64,000 nt of DNA, taken from NCBI GenBank assembly GCA_017536685.1, contig JAFXGW010000003.1, positions 11 through 64,010 of the forward strand. The letters run 5' to 3'. Under the pieces are notes generated by a model that did not search any database, was not told the origin of the DNA, and saw only the letters and a list, made by a program, of their open reading frames with translations. Positions within the stretch are counted from its first letter, which is position 1. Each line of letters starts with the position of its first letter. Position numbers and translations under genes: made by a program. The stretch comes from Clostridia bacterium (GTDB taxonomy: Bacteria; Bacillota; Clostridia; TANB77; CAG-508). Positions 58,773-64,000 of the stretch are shown piece after piece.

Positions 58773-59460
58773 GCAAGCTTTAGAAGTCTCAAACAAAGTG
58801 TTTTTAAATGTTTTTGGAAAAAATAACCATTATAAACTTGAACAAATATTATCGAAATTTGCATTTGATATAAAATTACCTCAAAAGGTTTATGATAGTA
58901 TGACAGGAAAAGAAACTTGGGCAGAATCAGTAAATCCTAATAAATTTATTACTCAAGGAAATATGGAATTATATGAAAAACAACATGGTTGGATGATAAA
59001 AAAAAGAGAAGTAAATAATTTAGATGATATTTTAAAATTATGGAAAAAGGTGAACTTTACAACAACAGAAAGAATATATGATTCAGAAAATGTATCAAAA
59101 AGCGATACAATTTATAAGTCGGAGAATGTTTATAGAAGTTTAGATTGTAGAGAATGTAAAAATATATTATTTTCAGATGGATGTGCTAATTCAGAATTTA
59201 TAATTGCTTGCCAAAGAACAAGTACATCAAATTTCTGTATTAGAGTAGATGATTCAGGAAACTGCATTAACAGTTATAATGTTATATGTTCGTCACAAAT
59301 AAGTAATTCTTTTTTCATACAGGATTGTAAAAATCTTGATGAATGTATGTTTTGTTCTCATATTTCTGATAAAAAATATTGTATATCAAATATGCAATTT
59401 GAAAAAGAAGAATATTATCAAATAAAAAAAGAAATAATAAACTGGATTCTTTCAAGTTAA
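58762..59460 (+). CDS. Hypothetical Cys-rich protein with ~12-residue repeat (beta-solenoid-like)
   Basis: 232 aa. It overlaps the upstream ATPase gene by 11 nt, and SD GGGAAGGAG lies upstream. There are 11 Cys in the last ~100 aa, arranged periodically (ENVYRSLDCREC/KNILFSDGCANS/EFIIACQRTSTS/NFCIRVDDSGNC...). Confidence 0.6.
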   Translation: MKNKQALEVSNKVFLNVFGKNNHYKLEQILSKFAFDIKLPQKVYDSMTGKETWAESVNPNKFITQGNMELYEKQHGWMIKKREVNNLDDILKLWKKVNFTTTERIYDSENVSKSDTIYKSENVYRSLDCRECKNILFSDGCANSEFIIACQRTSTSNFCIRVDDSGNCINSYNVICSSQISNSFFIQDCKNLDECMFCSHISDKKYCISNMQFEKEEYYQIKKEIINWILSS

Positions 59461-59556
59461 AATTTAATTTTATTATTTTATCAATAATTGCTATTTTGTT
59501 ACATTTAGCATTTTATTTAATAAGAAATAAGAAAGGCGAAAAGCCTATTAAATAAA

Positions 59557-59584
59557 CAAAAGCCTCTTAAGCAAGAGGCTTTTG
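59557..59584. terminator. Bidirectional hairpin terminator between convergent genes
   Basis: AGCCTCTT (59561-59568) pairs with AAGAGGCT (59573-59580), flanked by an A-run and a T-run. Confidence 0.8.
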
Positions 59585-59587
59585 GAG

Positions 59588-61801
59588 TTACTGTTCGAAT
59601 GCATTATCAATATTAGTATTTAAAGAATTAGAATTCATAATTGCTTCTGGTTCATTAACGATATTTTCTTTAACATTTGAATGATCAAGGCAAAGTTCTG
59701 TAGAAACAGTTCCTTCTAAATAATATTCCATGTATGCATCTTTACAAATATCTGTTGCAATTAGATCTGTTAATGGACAAACATCAGCAGTTTCAATTTT
59801 AGCAGGTACTGCAAATTGCTTTCCTGGGTGTTCTGAGTGTATAGTTTTCATGACAGAGCTCCAAACTTGTCCAGCTGGATTTTTATTATTAAAATTAATT
59901 GTTTCATTATAATCAAATCCGAACCAAGTTGTGGCAGTATAGTAAGGTGTAAAACCGCAAAGCCATCTATCATAATCAGCATTAGTAGTGCCAGTTTTGG
60001 CTGCAACATCTATATTGTTGATTTTACAATATTTCGCAGTACCATGAGTGCCGTCAACTGGTTCTTTTAATAATGATTTAACAATAAAAGCAACTTCTTT
60101 GGAAAATACTTTTTTTCTAGTTTGTTTTGTTTTTTGAATTATTTTTCCATTGGCATTTTCAATTCTCGTATAAAATGTAGGCTCAATATAAACTCCATCA
60201 TTTGCAATAGTGCTATATGAAACAGCCATTTCAAGAGGGCTAATTCCTTTATCTAAACCACCGAGTGCTAGATTTAAATTATTATCAATATCTGTAAGAG
60301 ATGTAATTCCCATATTTATCATATAATTGATAGATACTTGTGGTGTAAGTTGTTCCATTATTTTTACAAATGGAATATTTTGAGATGATTCTACAGCTTT
60401 TCGAACAGTAATATTTCCTTGATAGTTATTATAGTCAGTAGGAGAGTAACCTTCTTCAGTACCATCATCAAATTTAGTTGGTGCATCATTATAAATACTA
60501 GATGCTGTTATTATTTTTTTATCAATTGCTGGTACCAGTACAGCTATTGGTTTCCCAGCAGAGCCTGTTTGACGTGTACTTTGAGTTGCTCTATTTAAAC
60601 CACGTGAAATTTCTTTTTTTCCAATTCCTCCAACACAACCTAAAACTTGTCCATTTGTATGGTCTATCACTACCATAGCTGCTTGAGCTATTACTGAAGG
60701 ATTTTCTTGAGATTTTATAATATATTTAGGATTTGATAATTCATTTTCAATTGCTTTTTGTATACTAGAATTTTGAGTACTATAAATTTTCAAACCAGCC
60801 ATTTCAATATAGTTTGTAGCGAATTCAATTGATATATGTTTTTTTTCTGAAATATCAGTAATGATTTCATTAAGAAGACTATCGGTGTGGTATGAATAGA
60901 TATTATTTTTTGAAGTATTTTCAATTTTTCTTTGCTTAAAATTTAGCCCCTTTTCAACGTTTTCGATAGCTAATTTATAATCATTTTCATTTATATAGTC
61001 AAGCTCAAACATTTTGGATAAAACTGTTTTTGTTCTATTTTTTATTTTCTCAGAATTATCTTTTTCACCAAAAGGGTTATAAGAATTTGGAGAATTGTTT
61101 ATACCCGCTAAAAATGCGCATTCTTCTAAATTTAATTCATTAACATCTTTATCAAAATAATAATTTGCTCCAAGGCTAACTCCATAAATATTTGGACCAA
61201 CATAAATTATATTTAAATAAGCTTGCAAAATTTCATTTTTTTCTAAAATGCTTTCTAACGCAATAGCTCTTATCCATTCTTTTACTTTTCTTAATACACT
61301 AGAAGAATTATCACCAGTTAAATTTTTAACTAATTGTTGAGTTATACTACTCCCCCCAAAAGAAGAAGAACCCAAGTTTTTTATATAAGAAAATATTGCT
61401 GCAGTAGTTCTTGGAAAATCAACGCCAGAATGCTTATAAAATCTTTGGTCTTCAATTGAAATATATGCGTTTTTTAAATTTTCAGGCATCTCAGACAAGG
61501 GAATATTTTTTGTTTTTTTACTATTTCCAATTTCTGCGATTAAATTTCCATTAGTATCAAAAATAGAAGATGGTGAATTGTAAATCATATTTCTTGCTAG
61601 ATTTTGCCAATTAGAAATATAAAGTCCAGTATAAAATGCTAACATTATAATTATTATAAAAGTTATAGCGAAGATCTTTTTTATTTTTTCTAAATTTATT
61701 TTTGGTTTTAATTTATGAAATTTTTTGTCTTTATTTTCGATTTCAACATTTTCATTTATTGCTTTTTCTGAATTATTAGATTTATTTTTTTCTTTTTTCA
61801 A
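59588..61801 (-). CDS. Class A penicillin-binding protein (PBP1A-type transglycosylase/transpeptidase)
   Basis: 737 aa with an N-terminal TM. GT51 motifs are EDQRFYKHSGVD and GGSSITQQLVKN. Transpeptidase motifs are SAGK (SxxK), SQN (SxN) and KTGT. Confidence 0.93.
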   Translation of the reverse strand: MKKEKNKSNNSEKAINENVEIENKDKKFHKLKPKINLEKIKKIFAITFIIIIMLAFYTGLYISNWQNLARNMIYNSPSSIFDTNGNLIAEIGNSKKTKNIPLSEMPENLKNAYISIEDQRFYKHSGVDFPRTTAAIFSYIKNLGSSSFGGSSITQQLVKNLTGDNSSSVLRKVKEWIRAIALESILEKNEILQAYLNIIYVGPNIYGVSLGANYYFDKDVNELNLEECAFLAGINNSPNSYNPFGEKDNSEKIKNRTKTVLSKMFELDYINENDYKLAIENVEKGLNFKQRKIENTSKNNIYSYHTDSLLNEIITDISEKKHISIEFATNYIEMAGLKIYSTQNSSIQKAIENELSNPKYIIKSQENPSVIAQAAMVVIDHTNGQVLGCVGGIGKKEISRGLNRATQSTRQTGSAGKPIAVLVPAIDKKIITASSIYNDAPTKFDDGTEEGYSPTDYNNYQGNITVRKAVESSQNIPFVKIMEQLTPQVSINYMINMGITSLTDIDNNLNLALGGLDKGISPLEMAVSYSTIANDGVYIEPTFYTRIENANGKIIQKTKQTRKKVFSKEVAFIVKSLLKEPVDGTHGTAKYCKINNIDVAAKTGTTNADYDRWLCGFTPYYTATTWFGFDYNETINFNNKNPAGQVWSSVMKTIHSEHPGKQFAVPAKIETADVCPLTDLIATDICKDAYMEYYLEGTVSTELCLDHSNVKENIVNEPEAIMNSNSLNTNIDNAFEQ

Positions 61802-61963
61802 ATTATCACTCTTTTCATATTGGATTTATAAAAGAATATCAAATATATAGAAAAAAGTAAAGCTCAAGTGGAGTTTAAATAATATATAGAATATTGCAAA
61901 ATTTGTTGAAAAAAGATAAAAAAACAGATATAATTAATTTATATTTTAATTCGGAGGGATAAA

Positions 61964-63937
61964 ATGAGAAAAAAAAGTGGTGTAAAAGTAGTAATTATAA
62001 TATTTATGCTTATTTTGTTGATAATAGGCTTAATTTGTGGAGGTGCATATGTATATATAACAACAGATTTATTTAAAACACCTGAACAATTATTTAAAAA
62101 ATATTTATTAAGTAATGTTATTGAAGTTTCTCAACTAAACTTTGAACCATTTAATGAAATTAATGAAAGATCAAAAGAAGAGGTAACGGCACATACTTTA
62201 GATATAGATATCGATCCAAGTTCTATACTTGGTGGGCTTGGAGAAACAGAAAAAGTTAATGCCAAATTAGATTTTATAACAGATTTCCCAAATAAAAATA
62301 AAGAATTCCAAGTTCTTATAAATAATAATGATAAAGAACTTTTTAGAGGAAATATAGTTTTAGTAAACGAGACCTTAGGAATAAGTATTCCTGATTTATA
62401 TGATAAATTTGTTTCTGTGGAGAATAGAGATTTTAAGAAGATGGCAAAAACTTTTAACTTGCCTGAAGAATATATAGAAATAATTCCAGATAAACTTACA
62501 AGTATTTTTTCTATAGAAGACGAAGAAAGAATAAGTCAACTACTAAGTAAATATGGACTAAAGATAATGGAGAAATTGGATGAAAACAATTACATAATTG
62601 AAAAAGATATAAATATTAATGTAAATTCAAAAGAAATGATTGGTAACAAATATACGTTAGCAATAAGTACTCAAAAAATATACGGTGCTATAACAAATAC
62701 AATTAAAGAATTATTAGAGGACCCAGAATTTTTAGAACTATGCAAAGGTAAAATACCAGCCAAAGAATTAGAAGAAATGAAAACATCATATAATAATGCT
62801 TTAGAAGAGACACCTACTGATGACATTGAAGATAAAATATTAAATATCTCATTATATGCTGTAGATGGAAGAACTGTTAAAACAGAATTAACTGTTGATA
62901 AAAATGAAGCATACTTTATTATAGAAAATAACGAAAACGAAAGTATTATAACATTTGCAACAATTGAACCTAAAAGTGATACAAACGAAATTGGAACAAC
63001 ATCTTTAGTAACTATAAAAAATAAATATGCTAATAACTCAGGTGAGTTAACTTATGAAATTGCAACTACTTATAATAAAGATGATATTAATGAATTACAA
63101 GCAGAATATGATGCCAAAAATAGCGATTATAGAGAATATTTTAATGCAGATTATAGTGAAGTATATTCTGACCAAAAAATAAAATATATTATAAAAACTA
63201 AAAAAACAAACAACGATACTATAACAGCTAAAATTACATTTGAGGGAGACAATTTAGAAGCATTTAATGACTTTGTAAATATAAATTTTAAATGTCAATT
63301 TGGAAAAAATGAAATAACAATGTTAAATGAAGAAAATTCAGTTGCAATTAATGATTATACAATGGAAGATTATAGTAAATTATTACAAGACATAACAACA
63401 AACGCAACGAACCTTGTTTTAGAAAAACCATATTCATTAATGGGAATGATTATGGCTAATTTCAATACTACCAAAAAAGATGAAGAACCATCTTTTTCAG
63501 AAGATATTTATTCTGAGGATTACACTGCAGAAAAGCCTTATGCTGAAGATTATAGCGGATATGAAGAAATTACTTTTCCGGATGATGGAGATAATAATAA
63601 TTATCTATATCCTACAACACCTGTAAATATAGAGAATCTTAGAAATGATATTGATGTGGCTATAACAAATGGATTAAATGAAGCTTTAAATAGTTATAAA
63701 GTTGAACTAATGTATAATCCAGAAGCAAATTTAGGTGATTTTCTTACAGTAGAAAATGTACAAAAATCTTGTGGAGATAGATATAATCTAGAACTACCTG
63801 AAGGAAGTACAATTAAATGCACTATATCAGAAAATGGAACAGAATACATATATTATGCATTAATGAATATAGATGGAGATCAGCTTGTGGTAACTGAAGT
63901 AGAGGTTTTAACAGAAGAAGAATATTTAAATAGATAA
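61964..63937 (+). CDS. Hypothetical membrane-anchored acidic protein
   Basis: 657 aa. It has an N-terminal TM (VVIIIFMLILLIIGLICGGAYVYI) and a large extracytoplasmic D/E/N-rich domain. No motif was recognised. Confidence 0.55.
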   Translation: MRKKSGVKVVIIIFMLILLIIGLICGGAYVYITTDLFKTPEQLFKKYLLSNVIEVSQLNFEPFNEINERSKEEVTAHTLDIDIDPSSILGGLGETEKVNAKLDFITDFPNKNKEFQVLINNNDKELFRGNIVLVNETLGISIPDLYDKFVSVENRDFKKMAKTFNLPEEYIEIIPDKLTSIFSIEDEERISQLLSKYGLKIMEKLDENNYIIEKDININVNSKEMIGNKYTLAISTQKIYGAITNTIKELLEDPEFLELCKGKIPAKELEEMKTSYNNALEETPTDDIEDKILNISLYAVDGRTVKTELTVDKNEAYFIIENNENESIITFATIEPKSDTNEIGTTSLVTIKNKYANNSGELTYEIATTYNKDDINELQAEYDAKNSDYREYFNADYSEVYSDQKIKYIIKTKKTNNDTITAKITFEGDNLEAFNDFVNINFKCQFGKNEITMLNEENSVAINDYTMEDYSKLLQDITTNATNLVLEKPYSLMGMIMANFNTTKKDEEPSFSEDIYSEDYTAEKPYAEDYSGYEEITFPDDGDNNNYLYPTTPVNIENLRNDIDVAITNGLNEALNSYKVELMYNPEANLGDFLTVENVQKSCGDRYNLELPEGSTIKCTISENGTEYIYYALMNIDGDQLVVTEVEVLTEEEYLNR

Positions 63938-64000
63938 TATTTTGGGGGAGTAGATAAGATTATTAAAACAATTTTATTGACTCTCCTTTTGTTTTAATAG

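Noticed and set aside
56892-59460. I considered whether the ATPase pair is part of a conjugative element or prophage (a VirD4/TraG-type coupling protein).
   Set aside because: The ATPase has no N-terminal TM helices. No relaxase, integrase, other T4SS or phage structural genes are present, and I saw no flanking direct repeats. I therefore kept it as a stand-alone module rather than a mobile element.

Overview
This is a very AT-rich chromosomal segment. The flanks I counted are about 18-30% GC. It looks like a spore-forming Firmicutes/Clostridia-like bacterium, since spoIIP and sigH are present. Nearly everything is on the + strand. Recognisable housekeeping genes dominate: hisS, spoIIP, tmcAL, rnhA, coaE, queA, tgt, secD/secF-like, rpsO, pnp, murB, a yvcK-like gene, glycogen debranching enzyme, rny, sigH, tRNA-Thr(GGU), ychF, metG, a tmk-like gene, fba, smpB, cyclophilin and PBP1A. 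Between them lie lineage-specific N/K/E-rich hypothetical proteins. I saw no CRISPR array, integrase, transposase, reverse transcriptase, rRNA or tmRNA. Nine things stand out. (1) A ~450-bp island of ~47% GC at 2790-3250 carries one small ORF with its own terminator, behind a host-style consensus promoter. (2) A terminator-insulated, translationally coupled gene pair at 56892-59460 encodes a HerA/DUF87-like P-loop ATPase and a Cys-rich protein with a ~12-residue repeat. This is my best candidate for an undescribed two-gene system. (3) A ~260-nt imperfect hairpin with a GC-enriched asymmetric interior lies at 41437-41696, upstream of fba. It could be a structured RNA (6S-like) or a MITE-like element. 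(4) An orphan BY-kinase (CpsD/CapB-like) domain is fused to a ~600-aa extension at 32621-35251. (5) An acidic-protein gene is split by a single in-frame TAA and sits immediately upstream of metG. (6) A locus encodes a 1666-aa secreted protein, followed by a protein with a SipW/TasA-like signal and a protein with 72-bp tandem repeats. Three helically phased 11-nt repeats lie in front of its promoter. (7) A transglutaminase-like membrane protein gene is inserted between queA and tgt. (8) An ABC-2 permease::CPBP protease fusion lies next to a sortase, and an LPYAG sortase-substrate candidate lies elsewhere in the window. (9) The YvcK-like and SecD/F-like proteins are degenerate or embellished versions of the canonical forms. 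All functional calls rest on motif-level recognition by eye. No database search was run.
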